DNA of 64,000 bases, from assembly GCF_036321535.1 (NCBI RefSeq), contig NC_087437.1, forward strand, positions 47,122,001 through 47,186,000. Direction: 5' to 3'. The stretch is from Camelus dromedarius (Eukaryota). Positions within the stretch are counted from its first letter, which is position 1. Every line of letters starts with the position of its first letter. Positions 37,471 through 50,582 of the stretch are shown in pieces. The notes under the pieces were generated by a model. That model was not told the DNA's origin. It ran no database searches and saw nothing but the letters and a program-made list of their open reading frames with translations. Made by a program: the position numbers and the translations under genes.

Positions 37471-38539
37471 GTACCCAATAATTAAGAGGAATAGAATGAG
37501 CAGTGTGGTTCAGTAGTGGGTTATGTAATAACCATAAGAAAAATTTAGCAAGACTACTAAGATATTACACTAGTTCTCCTCCCAACCAAGTTTAAAATGA
37601 ATATATCAAGCTTAAAATATGTATACTAGCTATTACGAGCTATGAATAATCAATTTACAAACATGTAGAAGCATAAATCCAAGATGATGAAAATAAGTTC
37701 TAGTGACAGTAAGAAATGACAGCAATTGGCTAGGATTCCTACTCCACAGGATTATTGATATGGTAAAAGCCAATACGATATAAGGAATGTAAAAGCAATT
37801 TTAGACAATAAGGGATTATGATCATTACTAGTATAAAGTAGAGTGAAGGGAAGAACATTGGATCCCAAGCCAGGTAGATAACAACCAATCCTACATTTTT
37901 TGAAACTGTGAGTAATCCAAAAACGCTTATAATACGTACTCATGGTGTTCAATGGAGAGTGCATTATCAAGACTAGTTTCACTGGGAAAAACTTTATTTG
38001 CATATATTTATGTCATCCCTTTTAGGAACATCATTTTAAATCAAAGTCCCTACACTTCACCATTTATTTAGCCTTAGTGCATTGTAATTTCCACAGCTCT
38101 ATCTCATCAAAATATAATTTTTATCGGAAGTTTTTGCCCAAATTTAGAGGTTACATTCTCAAGTTCTGCCAGCTTTTATGTATCACCCTAAGCTCATACA
38201 AATCAGATAAGTAGATTGACTAAAATATTTTAATTACTTTCTTATTATAGGCATGATCATGTAATTACCAGATCATGGATCATCTAGTTTTACAAATACA
38301 GTTGGAAATCATTCAACAGGTCTCTTATTTCAGATGACCTTCTCCCACATGCATCACTAATTCCCCTTCAAGTTAATTTACATTGAACTTTCCCCTGCAG
38401 AATGATTCTTTTTTTTTTCTACATCATTTTTGTATGTCTCCTTTAGATATTCCAGAAATAGAGGACTTTGTATATGATTTTGTTTATATATACATTTATA
38501 AGAAGTAAATAACAATTTCTCTTGGTGCAGAGAAAGACC

Positions 38540-38690
38540 TGGATTAAGTATTATTTTCATCACTAAATGGCTCACTGGCCATAAGCAAGTTATTTAACTT
38601 TTCTGAAACTCAGCTTCTCAGTGGTAGAATTTATGATTAAAAGAGAGATTGGTGTATAGAAAATTTGGGACACAAAATAAGAACTTAATG
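38540..38690 (+). mobile_element. MIR fragment
   Basis: gcaagttatttaacttttctgaaactcagcttctca. Confidence 0.7.
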
Positions 38691-39309
38691 ATCTTAGTCT
38701 TCTTTTAAGATGGAATAATTTTCCATAAGTACAACTGATTATAGAAGGAAAGAGAAATAATGTACTTTGAGTTCAATATAATGTATGATTTAGAACTTTT
38801 AAGTGAACAATCTTAAAGTACACATCTTTACTTGATGGATGAAATGTCTGCCTTAGTGTTATTAATACATATTAAAATGAAAGTTTCAGAAATTTAAAAA
38901 GTTATTATAAAAATTGCTGTTGTACTTACAGGATAACTGACTGTTTAATATATGATCCATCTGCTATATGCTTTTCACAAAGTAATGAAAGCAATTACAT
39001 TATAATATTTGGCTAATCCTATACTAATCATTGGCTAAATCTTATTTTCTCATCTAAACCAGAATTAAGTTATACAAATATAAAAAGGAAACTCAATAAT
39101 GGTAGGTTTCAGTCTCTTTTTGACTGAGAATTTATCAAAAATATTATTTAATTCAGTAGTTAAGATGGTATTCTGTGATTATAAAGACTCAGTTCAGAAA
39201 TTTGAACTATTATTTTCAAATATGACTGAGTCACAAAACGTTAGAACAATAATGATTTGCCTTTGATTAGATCTTTCACCATGATGACCTCAAGAGAATA
39301 GAATTTGGC

Positions 39310-39490
39310 AGCAGAAGATAAATTTCCTTCCCAAACCTAAAATTTACTTGCTGTGTGATCCTGGAAAATTCCTTAACCTTTCTGAACCTCAGAACTATCA
39401 TTAATAAGAGTGGGAATAACACCTACTCTACTCTCTTCACAGGGCTATTTTGAGTAACAAATGAGATAATGCACATAAAAGCACTCAGAA
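39310..39490 (+). mobile_element. MIR SINE
   Basis: gctgtgtgatcctggaaaattccttaacctttctgaacctcag...aaatgagataatgcacataaaagcact. Confidence 0.82.
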
Positions 39491-40771
39491 AACCCTGAAA
39501 CCAAAATAGGAAGAAACTAGGCAGAGACAGTGGTTCCTTTCTTTGAGTTCCCAAGCAGGCTAGTCACTGCACTCCACAGTATTATAATTATCTGCTCTCA
39601 TGGCCTAAAAGTGATACAATAGCAGGAGAAGAGTAGGCTGTGAGGCTCTAGACTAAACCACCTGCTCTCAGCAGCCAGGAAAACCTTGGTCAAAATCATT
39701 TATTTAAACAGAAACAGTGTTATTTTTGTGATCTTCTGTCATGTCCAGCTTCTACAAGGGAACTAACAAAGGAGATATACAGAAGGAAAAAGGCAGCTAG
39801 CCAAGAGGCTGTCCTGGCTGATGGGGTTAACACCTCTGCTTCAAGAAGGTGATGAAAGGAGTAAGCTCATGGTTGTTACATCCCAGCCAGCAGATAAGTT
39901 TAGTGGCTCCAGAGTAGTCCACTGTTCACTACGAAAATCCCTGAACAAGAGTGATAAATTGGCCCAAGGTTTGAGTAGTAAAGGATGATTACATTTATAG
40001 GCTAAGATCAGTTGGTGAGGCTTAGTGGGCGAGGTTGCCCCAGGCAACAGTTGTACTCATCTTACCAGAGAGAGCCTGTTCAACCTCACACATGTTCTCT
40101 CCCTCTCCTTCCCTCTCCAAGAACCAAAGTTTGTATTGAAAAAGAACCCCTATTTCTTGATTTGAGACCAAATAGTCGGATTTCTATTATATTAATATCA
40201 AGTAAGCCGGAGCTACTCAAATGCACTCTCCTGAGCAAAGGACAAGTTAATTATTACACCTGCTGTTTTGCACTGGCAAAAGATTTCAATACCTCCCTCC
40301 CTCCTCCTCAAAAAACAAACAGAAACCATCTGAGGCAGAGGCAGTGTTTATATACTGTATTTGTGTGCACCCATCACTGTCCTTACCTCTAACAAGGAGT
40401 GTTTGTCTGCCAACATTTTCAGATTTAGCAGCAGGGCTCTTGACAGTCTAAGAGAGGGGTCCACAGAGGAAAATCCATCATCCGATTAAGGCTTTTGGGC
40501 AAATTAAAACTCTCTGGACAGGATCCTCTTTCCTTCACTTAGTTTTCAGGGAACAGAAAGCAGATTATCTCTCCAGGCAATTATCAGCTCTAAAAGTGCT
40601 TGTGGTTTGAACTTTGGCAGAACTTGTTGAAGACAGCATCATCATAATACACTTGAACAAACTCTAATTCCAGTGGCTCTTTTGTCCCACGTGAGGCATG
40701 ATGAAATTTATGAAGGTCTGTTTTCCTCCCTCAGGCTCACTCCTTTTTTTTTTTTTTTTCTTTTTCCACAG

Positions 40772-40877
40772 AGCCAATCTGCATCACTTAAGTCCAAACT
40801 ATTATATTAACCATCCTTTTCACTAGACTAGAGAACTTCTTTTTAATTGTCCATGTCATGGCCACCATGCATCAAAG
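40772..40877 (+). other. Candidate exon, 106 nt, with Kozak ATG
   Basis: Branch-like CTCAC 40736-40740, pyrimidine tract 40740-40767, CAG 40769-40771; GCCACCATG 40861-40869; donor AAG|GTAGGA 40877/40878. Confidence 0.4.
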
Positions 40878-41544
40878 GTAGGATCATTATTTTCCACTTA
40901 TTTTCTCTTCTAGACACCCAAATTCTTGTAGGAAGAGTTTTTATGATTGGGAAGAGGAGAGAGTCAGAGTCTGGGTGCAGATTTCATCAGTAGCAGTTTG
41001 ATCTGGGTCTTTGACTATACCAAGCCTCAGACACTTCTTATAATACTGTATTCAGAGTTCAGTCTGACTTGTTTTCCTTACAGATGTAGGGAGGACTGAA
41101 AGGGACTTGATCCAGAAATTTGGGCATCCGATGGAAGCTGCCTGAGTAATTTTGCATTTTCAATTATTAAAGCAATATAATGTTAGTTTTCTGGGGCACT
41201 GTTGTCTCACTTAAAACATGTATAAACTGCTTTATTAGAGATTATAGCCCTACTGGGAAAGAAAGCAAAAGTGATCATTTATATGATAATGTGAGCTGAT
41301 AATTTAGGAATGATTCATTCTCATAAATGTTCCAAAACTGCATGTAAGTTTATTACTTACAGAAGTCCCATTCAGAAAGTAAGGCCTTTTATAAAACAAT
41401 CTTTGACCTTTTTTTCTGTATGGTAGAGTAGCATATAAAACTTAGTGAGACTTTAGGGTATAAGCCACAGCTCCCCTTCCTGCTGTTTCTCTGCTCTTTG
41501 CTTCATTCACACGGATGTGTAGTTGGCATGGGCACATTAATGGA

Positions 41545-41628
41545 GCAAGAGGGGATTTTGTGGGGAAATTCAAGTTTGGAATGGGGACTTGACTAGATGA
41601 ATTATAACATTTCTTCCAACCCTGACTT
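41545..41628 (+). mobile_element. L3/MIR3 3' tail fragment
   Basis: ttgactagatgaattataacatttcttccaaccctga. Confidence 0.5.
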
Positions 41629-42031
41629 TCTCCTGCCTTGAACAGGAGTTAGAAATATTTTCCAGCTGCAAAGACCTGCAGAGATCCAAATCAAAAAAGA
41701 ATTTTGTGGTATGTCATTGGACAGGAAAAAAAAAGATAGTAATTGTGGTTATAGGTCAAACAGGGAGTCTGAGGATGAACTATTTTAGTCAACATTTTAT
41801 TTCAGCTTAAAATAAATCTTGGGTCTTTAAAAGTCAGTTTTTGAAGGCAGTCTGTTATGTTATAATCTATCTCAGAAGAGGACAGGGAGGCAGGGGAAGG
41901 TGGAGGGATAGGAGATTCTAGAGCCATGTAACCAAAGATGGAATCAACAGTCTCTACTAATGAATAAATAAGCAGGGCTGATACAAGGTAAAAGTGAAAC
42001 ACGGTAAAAGTGGATAAAGATCTTGCCTATT

Positions 42032-42096
42032 TAGATAGATAGATAGACAGACAGATAGATAGATAAAAAATAGAAAAATAGGTAAAAGATAGATAA
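42032..42096. repeat. (GATA/GACA)n microsatellite with degenerate tail
   Basis: Directly visible. Confidence 0.9.
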
Positions 42097-42199
42097 AATA
42101 CATTTTTTCTAAATATTTTTCTTTTCAATGTTTTTCTAGTAGCCTAAGTTATGTATGATTACATATCCTTTACATTACCTTCACAAGAAGTTAACCATT

Positions 42200-42635
42200 C
42201 CTAAGATGTTATTGAATATTTTTTCTATATTTACATATATTTTGTGTCAGTTCTTAATTTTTATAGTCAAATATGCCAGTCTTTTCCTTTATGGTTTCAG
42301 GGTTTGATGTCAAGATTATAAAGTTATTCTGCTATACTTTTTCTAAGACAATATAGATTTTTTGTTTTAGAATTTTAATCTACCCAGAATTTGTTTTGGA
42401 TGCTATGAGAGAAATATTCTTTTTTCTGTCAAGTGGGTATAGTAAAACAGTCTTTTTCCTTTACTGATTTGAAATGCCACACTTAGCATATAAACATAAT
42501 AGTTGGGATGAAGGGTATGATCTGCACCCTATTCTGCTCCATTGGTTTATTTATCTGTTTCTCTACTGATACTGTATGGGTGTTAACTTCTTTGGGTTTT
42601 GTACTAAATTTTTCTATCTACTGGGGAAAATCATT
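42200..42635 (-). mobile_element. Old L1M ORF2 fragment
   Basis: tttaatctacccagaattt, ctgatttgaaatgccac, ctattctgctccattggtttatttatct. Confidence 0.7.
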
Positions 42636-43221
42636 AACCATTTTGACAGATAACCTCCTAATAAATTTTCCAGCACAGGTTAGTTATCCCAGGTTAGGCT
42701 AAGGCCCCAGGAAGTATTAGGAAACAGAGGGTATAAGAAGGACCCCTGGGCTCCAAGAAGCTCTCTCCCTCAGTAGACAGAATTTAGTGAGCTAACCACA
42801 TTTTCCAGTCATCTTTCTGACCGAGGTGTCCACGGACTCTGCTTGACCCACTAGGAGACGGCAGGTAACAGAGCACCTTCCCAGGCCAAAAAAGTCATCT
42901 TGACCAGATTCAGTCCCTGCCTTTAAGGAGCACATAGCATAGCAGGGAAAAGCACCCAGATAGAAAAGGTTCTCATTCCACCTAGAAGTTGAATGAGAGG
43001 TTAAAAGCCCTGCCACCGTCATCTGAGGTAAAAGCAGGAGAGTCTTTTGAGATAGATAAAAAATTTTCAGGAAACTCTGAGCAGAGAAATGGCAGAAAGT
43101 AACTAGAACTCTGCCCACAGAGTTTGTTAGCAAACCTCAAATGAAAGCTTCTTCACTTACTTCTCACCACATATTCCTCTACAGAAGCAAACTGGTCTTT
43201 GTGGAAAGGGACCCTTGTTAA

Positions 43222-43630
43222 AATAATGCTATTTATTAAATGTTTATTATGTTCCAGAAACGCATACACACATAAGCGTGTGTGTGTGTGTGTGTGTATA
43301 ATTTTAGAATTTATCATTTTGTTTTACATATCTATATATCGTGTGTGTGTGTGTGTATATCTTCACTTATTCATGACAAACACGCTGGGAGGTAGCTATT
43401 AGGACTTTCATTTCATATCTAAAGGCACTGAGGCTCAGTTCACAGCATCATCACACTACTTGGAGGACATTAGGTAATTACTACACTCCTCTAAGCCTCA
43501 GGCTCCTCGTAGAGAAAACAAAAGGACTGACATGAGTGATTTATTAGATAATGGATATAAAACATGTAGCACAGGGCCTGGCGCACAGACTGTGCTCAAC
43601 AGCTAGTAACTGCTCAGGTCACACCAGTAT
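43222..43630. mobile_element. MIR (reverse) with a nested forward MIR (about 43450-43610) and two short (TG)n runs
   Basis: atttattaaatgtttattatgttcc...ggcactgaggctcag; ctctaagcctcag...agataatggatataaaac...agcacagggcctggc; TG runs near 43278 and 43341. Confidence 0.72.
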
Positions 43631-44929
43631 TAAATGACCAAACAGTCTATGTGAATAAAGTGATTCCCCTTTGGGCTCAAATTGAACACTAAATTCTTAT
43701 TAGGTTGGGTTTTTTTTTACCCATCTCCTATAGCCAAAAGAAAAAAAAAAGTGCTTTAATAAAAGAAAGGTAAGTTTATCTGAAAAGAAAATTATTTAAG
43801 ATATAAGCTCATTGTGAAACAAATGTAACAGGTTTTTACGGCAACATTCCAACTGTTCAGCTTTCACCTTCCAAGCCCTTGAGTCGGGTAAGCAGGTTTC
43901 TAGACCCCAGATTTCTGACAGAAGCATCAAAAATCACTCAATTTTGTCAGTGCACTTGTTTTTACCCAAATTCACAAACATGGAAGCCTGTGAGGGTCCA
44001 GATGGATAACCAACTGCCTCCACACCCCACAGACCATCCCTGCCTCTAATCCCCAAGGACAGTCCGGATGGCTCAGAGACAGCCCACATGCCCCAGGGAC
44101 TCAGTCGCTGCTTTCTTTCAGCTGAGCCCTGCCAGAATCCATCCACATCTGAAAAGGGGCTGTGTGAAGCCATCTGGAGGGGCCATGACCCAGTCAGGTC
44201 CAAGTATTATAACCTGGGCCCAGAGAAGGTGTTCAATAAGTGGACCTGCTGGTTAACTGGTTGAAGTGGCAGGGCAAGGTGCAACCTAAATTCAGAACTC
44301 CATTCTTCCATTCTCTAAAGAAAGAGGTTTGAAGAAAGTCCTAACAGTTTAAACTGTTCGTTTCGAGCTAGAAACCTTCCTAATGATCTTCTTATCTAAA
44401 CCTACATAGAGGTGTGATCAAGTCAAATCTGCTTGCATATCAACACACTGAAAATGACAGGCCCAAAAGAGTGGCAGTGAGAGGGAAGTGTTGGCATGAG
44501 ATTGAAATGTTATCCAATTGAGATCTGGAGAGGGTCACAAGAAATTGCATGTTCTCATCCTTCCTCTCATTCCTCTTCCCTCTCTCTTGTTCGGTGCTAG
44601 GTCATGTGACAGTCAGTTGACAGGGAAGAAGGGAGAATGGATTTTTCAAGAAGAGCAGGTGGAACAATTTTATCTGTCCATCTGTCCCTCCCCCAATCTC
44701 CCCTTCTTAAACACACTATTCAACTCAAATTGAACATCATTTTGGTTGACGATGGATTTAAGAAAAGGAGGAGATTTTCAAATATTGCAAATTTTCAATT
44801 TTCAAAAAGGGGTACTTTTTCTGTTTTATATTTATAACTGTAGTTTCTGTCATAACATAACATATAGCATAATCTCATTGAAATGTGTTTTGGAAAATTA
44901 AAAGAAAAGGGTCACCCTATTGTCCTACA

Positions 44930-45172
44930 AACAGCTGACATTTATTGAGAACTCTCTATGTACTAGGCACTTCACCAAGAGATTTATTCATTAGCTTATT
45001 TAATCCTCACAACAACACTGTGAAGTTAAGCACTATTATCTCCCATCTATGGCTGAACGTAAGACATAGAGTAGTTGAGTAACGTGCCCAGAGTCACACA
45101 GCTTTTAATTGGTAAAAAACAGTACACAAACCCAGAGAGTCCAATTCCAATGCCCATGCCCTCAACCACCCT
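44930..45172 (-). mobile_element. MIR SINE, near full length
   Basis: agctgacatttattgag...atttaatcctcacaacaacactgtga...gtaacgtgcccagagtcacacagct. Confidence 0.9.
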
Positions 45173-45947
45173 ACTTTTGTCTAATATTTGAATTACTTTT
45201 TAAAAGAGTTAAAGTCATACTGCACTTACAGTTTTGGAGCAGGACTAGTACATTCTTTTTCCCTAAAACAGGGAGATTTCCTAGTCCCTATTTGATTGAA
45301 AGAAAAAGCAAGTCTATTAACTTTACTTCAAAGTGTTTTATGATGTTGCATGAGCCACTAAAAGACAAAGAACATAAGATTTGTGACTAAAGGTAAACTA
45401 CTTCAAAATTTTGTCTAGGAAACTTATTTTTTAAATGGTGCAGTCTAGAATGGAAAAGAGGTCAATATCTCATGAATCACCATCTGATAAGTCTTTATTT
45501 AAAGTAATTCTCATCTTCTCACAGTCAGTCCCACCGAGCTGAAAACTGCCAAGAGAAAAATCTCAAACTTCCCCAATATAATCAATATGCAATGGTTAAC
45601 ATAAATAAAAAGTTTGTTGGAGGAAACAGCATACATATGTGCCTGCCAAAATGAAGAGCTGATTGTGAAGTTTCACACCCCTTGTCTTTGAATTGAATTC
45701 AGAGCTCATTCCTTTCCTAGAATCATCAACTACCCAGGGAGCTTCAAGGTATGCACAGTGGAGTTAAGACTTCCATTTCCTCCAAAAACGTTTCCTGTGC
45801 TCAGCCCTGGACCTTCCTTGGGGGAGGTGGCACTCCCTATCTCTCCTTGCTTTCAACCAGTTTCCCTAAAGAAATCCATATTGAAGAAAGCAGCTCTTAG
45901 CCAGTCCTTGACATGAGTACAAAGAGGCTACCCAGCGCGAGTTTACA

Positions 45948-46128
45948 CAGTTGACCCTCAGAATTCGCACATGACTTATAGTCAGTCGTCCTTATCCACA
46001 GTTCCTCCACATTCCCAGGTTCAACCAACCATGGACCTTGTAGTGATATGAAGTATTTATTATTGAAAAAAATCCACCTATAAATGGACCTGCTGCAGCT
46101 CAAACCTGTGTTGTTCGAGAATCTACTG
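45948..46128. mobile_element. Tigger2/MER8-like TcMar MITE
   Basis: Left end CAGTTGACCCT; right end tgtgttgttcgagaatctactg is a degenerate inverted copy; internal attgaaaaaaatccacctataaatggacc...gcagctcaaacc. Confidence 0.85.
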
Positions 46129-48234
46129 TGATGCAGTGTCTTTATCAAGGACTGAGTGGCAGCTTGGCCTTGGGGGAGTGCTGGTATCTGGGTGCTGAGT
46201 TGGACTTCATGGCACCACCCCTTCCCCACTATAGGTAAATGCCTTGACTTCTTTGGTCATAGTTACTGCTCTCAACCATGAAGGCATGGACTCATACAGT
46301 ACCTTCCTGTGAAGCCCTCGGGCCCTGATGTAGGGTATCAGGTCTGCTAGTCGGCAGGCTGAGATCAGGCCTAGCCTTTCCTGATGTCCTAGCTTCATTC
46401 AGAGCTTTTTATATAGTTTAAAAAAGGATTTTGATGCTAATTTTTTGGTAAGAATTACTGGGTTATGTGATTCCTTAAGTCTCAGTCCTATGTGATTTTT
46501 TAAATAATAACCCAATTCAAGTTTGTATATTTCTATGCAAAGCCAAGAAAGTGCATCCCCCTCACATCATAACATACCTTGTTTCCTAGAAGACTTTCCT
46601 TTTTGCTTTTTGCCTTTACTGGCAATGTTTATGAAGGGTCTAAATTATCTTAATCACACAAGTAACTGTAGATTTAGTTCAGGCAACATAATGCATGATC
46701 TCCCACTCTCAGCCCTCAAGCAAAGCATTTCCAAAGGTATAGTTTGACCACATTATTTCAGACTCTGGGAAGCCAAGAGTTCTAGGTGGAATACAAAGGT
46801 AATGCTGATCAGCCTCTGCCTCCCCCAAAGGACTGATCACATCTGGTTTCCTAAGGCAGATGTTCACTGAGGACACAGACATCACTTAATGTTTACGTTT
46901 ATCTCAGACTCTCTTAAGGAATTATACATATGTGAGATGCATCGAAATTAGGAGAGCTTGATACTCAAATTGCTGGAAAGGGATGGCTGGATTTGCAATT
47001 ATCATGTTATGTTGGCATTAGCCATTCAGGTTTCCGTATGATTTGTGTGTATTTTCCATAAAACCAGATGTTAGTAGAAAAGAATTTTTTTTAAAGTGTA
47101 GTATATTTCAGCCTCAGATGTGGGAAATACTGCAATCGTGGCAGGTCTGTAGGTTTTGGTAAACTCATTGTTTGTGCCTGCCTATTTTGTTTTGTTTAAG
47201 TCACTCCCAAACTGTGGTACATAGATCATCTATATCAGCGTCATGGCACAGAGGTATTTTTGAAAAGTGAGGGTTTCTGCTGAGTCAGAATCTCTGTAAG
47301 ATGGGCCTATATTGTTAGCCTGCTCTCTGGGGCTTCTAATGTATGGCAAAGTCCTTTCCTTTTGTGTGTGACTCCTTTGGTGTAATACGGCCTCAGAAAA
47401 CATCATTTGCATATTCCAAATGTTTTGACCACCAAAGGTATAAGGTTGGCAAGTCCCGTCACCATTTGATTTCTTTTGAAAAATTAATTAGGGACAGTGG
47501 AGTGGGGTTGGGATGGGGATGTTGTAGATGAGCTGTAAGGTCCCTGCCAGCTCGAACACGCTATTCCTGCTGCTGTCTGGAGTAACCCAAGCTTACGGCC
47601 AGAGCAGTTTAGTGCTTTAGGTGCTTTTCAGTTAGAGCTAATATCCATTAAATGGCATATATTCAACTTGGATAAACAGAAACTTTTAAAATATTTATGT
47701 ACACATTTATGATGTGCGAAATGGAAAGTGATACATCTGGGAACAAGTACCAGAAATGAAAAAAGTGTCTAATAAAATAAGCAAACCAATAGGAAGTCAT
47801 ATATCACCTGACTCAGTTCCTCCTAAAGGGGCAATCGAACTAGATGACTTGAAAATCCACAGTTAAGTGTATTATAGAGTCTAGCCAGAAAATACTGCAT
47901 CAAAATACATTATTTGGTCCTTTATAAGTCTGCATTTTTATTGGATAAGTTAAGATTTCCAAACTAGTTTCTAAGCAGTTTTTTTTTTTTTTTGAGTCAG
48001 TGATCTGAATTTTTCCCACTGATACCTACTCTAGAAAATAGCTGGTAACAAACTTTTATTGATTTTGACCAATGGTTACTTAATGTCCACAGTGTCTAAT
48101 GTTCTGCAGCCCATAATACTCTTGATCATCTGTTTCCAATGTCCCAGCCATATATTGGCCTCTAAAGTTCCCTGCCTGAGCTACTGCCATGTCCTCCCAA
48201 AGGGTCACTCTGTTTCCTGTTTTACATCTTCCAC

Positions 48235-48495
48235 TGTAAATTCCTAAAATGCAAATCTGATTATGTCACTCCTATGCCTAAAACTCTTTATTGTCTATTC
48301 ATTACCTATTGGGATACAGACCAACCTCTTGGACATGGTATACCTGGCCATTCATTACTCGGCTAAGCCTGTATCTTTTGTAGAGGCTCACCCCCAGAGG
48401 CACTGAAATTCCAGTCATGCCCAATTCTCTGAGAACCATGACTTCGAAGATGCTGTCTTTTCCCTCTGGGATGCCCTCCTCCCTCCCTCCTTATG
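48235..48495 (+). mobile_element. L2 fragment
   Basis: cctaaaatgcaaatctgattatgtcactcct...cctaaaactct. Confidence 0.8.
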
Positions 48496-48499
48496 CACC

Positions 48500-49195
48500 C
48501 AATATGCCTGGCATGTTTGATCAATAGCAGAAAGGCCACTGAGGCAAGAACAAAGTAAGCAAGGGAAAGACTATTAGGAGATACAGTGGGAGGCAGAAAA
48601 TAAGGTAGATCATGTAGGACTTCATTAGACTCTGAGTGAGACGGAATGTCATTGGAAGGGTGAGAGCAAAAAAGGGGCATGATCTGTTTTGTATTTTAAC
48701 ATAGAGTTCACTATGGCTGCTGTGGTGAGAACGGTCTGTGGGAGTGGGGAAGCATGAAAACAGCAGAAGCAGAGACATTAGGAGAATTACCCTAACCTGC
48801 CTGAGCAAGAAGTTAGTGGGGAAACACTGGAGATAGTGGGAAGTAGCCATATTCCAGATGTGTTGTGAAACTAGAGGCAACAGGATTTGCTGATGAATTT
48901 ATGTAGAGTGTGATGAAGGGAGGAAATCAAGGATGACCCCCAATTTTTGGTCAGAGCAGCTGGAAAAGCAGAGTAGCCACCTATTGAAACATAACAGGAA
49001 GAACACATTCACAGGGGATGGTAGCAAATTTTAAGTTCAGTCTTGGGGGTGTTGAATTTGAGGTAGCTATTGGACATTCAATTGGGGAGGATTTATAAGC
49101 AGCTGGATGTACGAGTCTGGAATTTAAGGGAAAGGTGGCATCTAAAGAAATTAATTTGGAAGTTGTCAACATACAGGCATTATTTATAAGTAAAT
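48500..49195 (-). mobile_element. L2a-like fragment
   Basis: ggcatgatctg, caggatttgctgatgaatt, aatcaaggatgacc, tgttgaatttgagg, aatttggaagttgtca. Confidence 0.88.
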
Positions 49196-49629
49196 ACAGA
49201 TATAAAAGAGGAATGTAAGCATACAAAAACACTTAAAAAGTGAGATGAATGAATACATGAATGATGAATGAATTATACTGATTGAGATACCAACTTACAG
49301 AGTGAAGTGAATAATACGAAAGTCTCGCATCAGTATCACTCAAAGGATTTCCTTCTTCACCTTCTTCTCTAATGGAAAACTTGTTGGCAACTCTCATTTC
49401 CAAGAACACACCACAAATGAAGTTATTTATTAAGCTAATATAGACACAGTGAATACAAATAGCTGTTTGAATACATTGAATTACTGATGTCTTCTTATTC
49501 TGTAACTTAGTGATCATATATTTGCAAAAAGAAACAAATCAATACATCAGTATGATGAGGCTGTCAAGTTTTCGATGGATATCACAGCTAAAAGAGGTGT
49601 TTGGGCACATTAAAAATTCCTCACATCCT

Positions 49630-49835
49630 CACATGATAGTTGACAGTTTACGATGTGCTGTATCATCCATTCTAGCTCTCTGACTGTGAGCCTCATGACA
49701 TCCATACACTGGGCATGTGGGCATTATCATCCCCTACTTAAATGTGAAGAAACTAAGGCTGAGGAGGCAAAGTCATTTATGGGAGCTGATTAATGGATCC
49801 TGGTCGTCCAACGAGTGCCCCACTTCTGCATGTCA
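49630..49835 (-). mobile_element. MIR fragment
   Basis: cattatcatcccc...tgaagaaactaaggctgag. Confidence 0.7.
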
Positions 49836-50344
49836 CCTTTCTGAGAATCCCGAGGTCTGTCCCATATCCTTAGTGGCAGCCCAATAAAACTTTCACAGGA
49901 TGGCAAGCAGTCCTTTTCCATTTCATTGGGAAGACTGAGAAAATAACTGGTCTTTACTGGTTACCACTTAGCAGATCAGCAGCTCTGTGTATGTCACAGA
50001 ACTAGGTTTAATCACTAGAATAAACACCCTCAGGCACAGAGTCCTGGGCTTTCCAAAGCAGCACTGCAGAGGAGAATGATGCCCCCGAAATGTGTCTGGA
50101 CTCACCTTCCACTCAACTACCTGTCTCCTGTCAGTCCTTGCCTCCTTTGTGCTTGGATTTGAACCCTCAGATGTCAAGACATACTTTTGCACTCCACTCA
50201 GATCTGACATCTCTCCAGCATTAGCCTCCCATCTTGGACACGTTCCCTTTATGAACTAAGTTTCTAAAATCCACACACTCCTAATGCATCCAGATGCAGA
50301 TGATCTATTTCAATTTTAATAACCTTTCCTCAACAACAGCAGAA

Positions 50345-50582
50345 TAAGAATGAGTATCACTGATTTCACGCTTGCTACACACTTAGCCTTTAGCCATGTT
50401 ATCTAAGTTGCACAACAATCGTAACCAGAAAGACATAATTTTACAAATGAGGAAACAAACTTAGAATCACATGATCAAACTCCTGCGGCCACACATCTGC
50501 TGTTAACTGAAAGAATTAAGATGTGAATCCAAATCTTCATTACCCCAGAATCCAAGCTCCTTCCTTAACTCTGCACTACTGC
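50345..50582 (-). mobile_element. MIR SINE
   Basis: attttacaaatgaggaaac...ccacacatctg. Confidence 0.72.

Noticed and set aside
47491..47518. Potential G-quadruplex
   Set aside because: The fourth G-run needs a 10-nt loop, and it adjoins a MIR3/L3-like tail; ordinary background.
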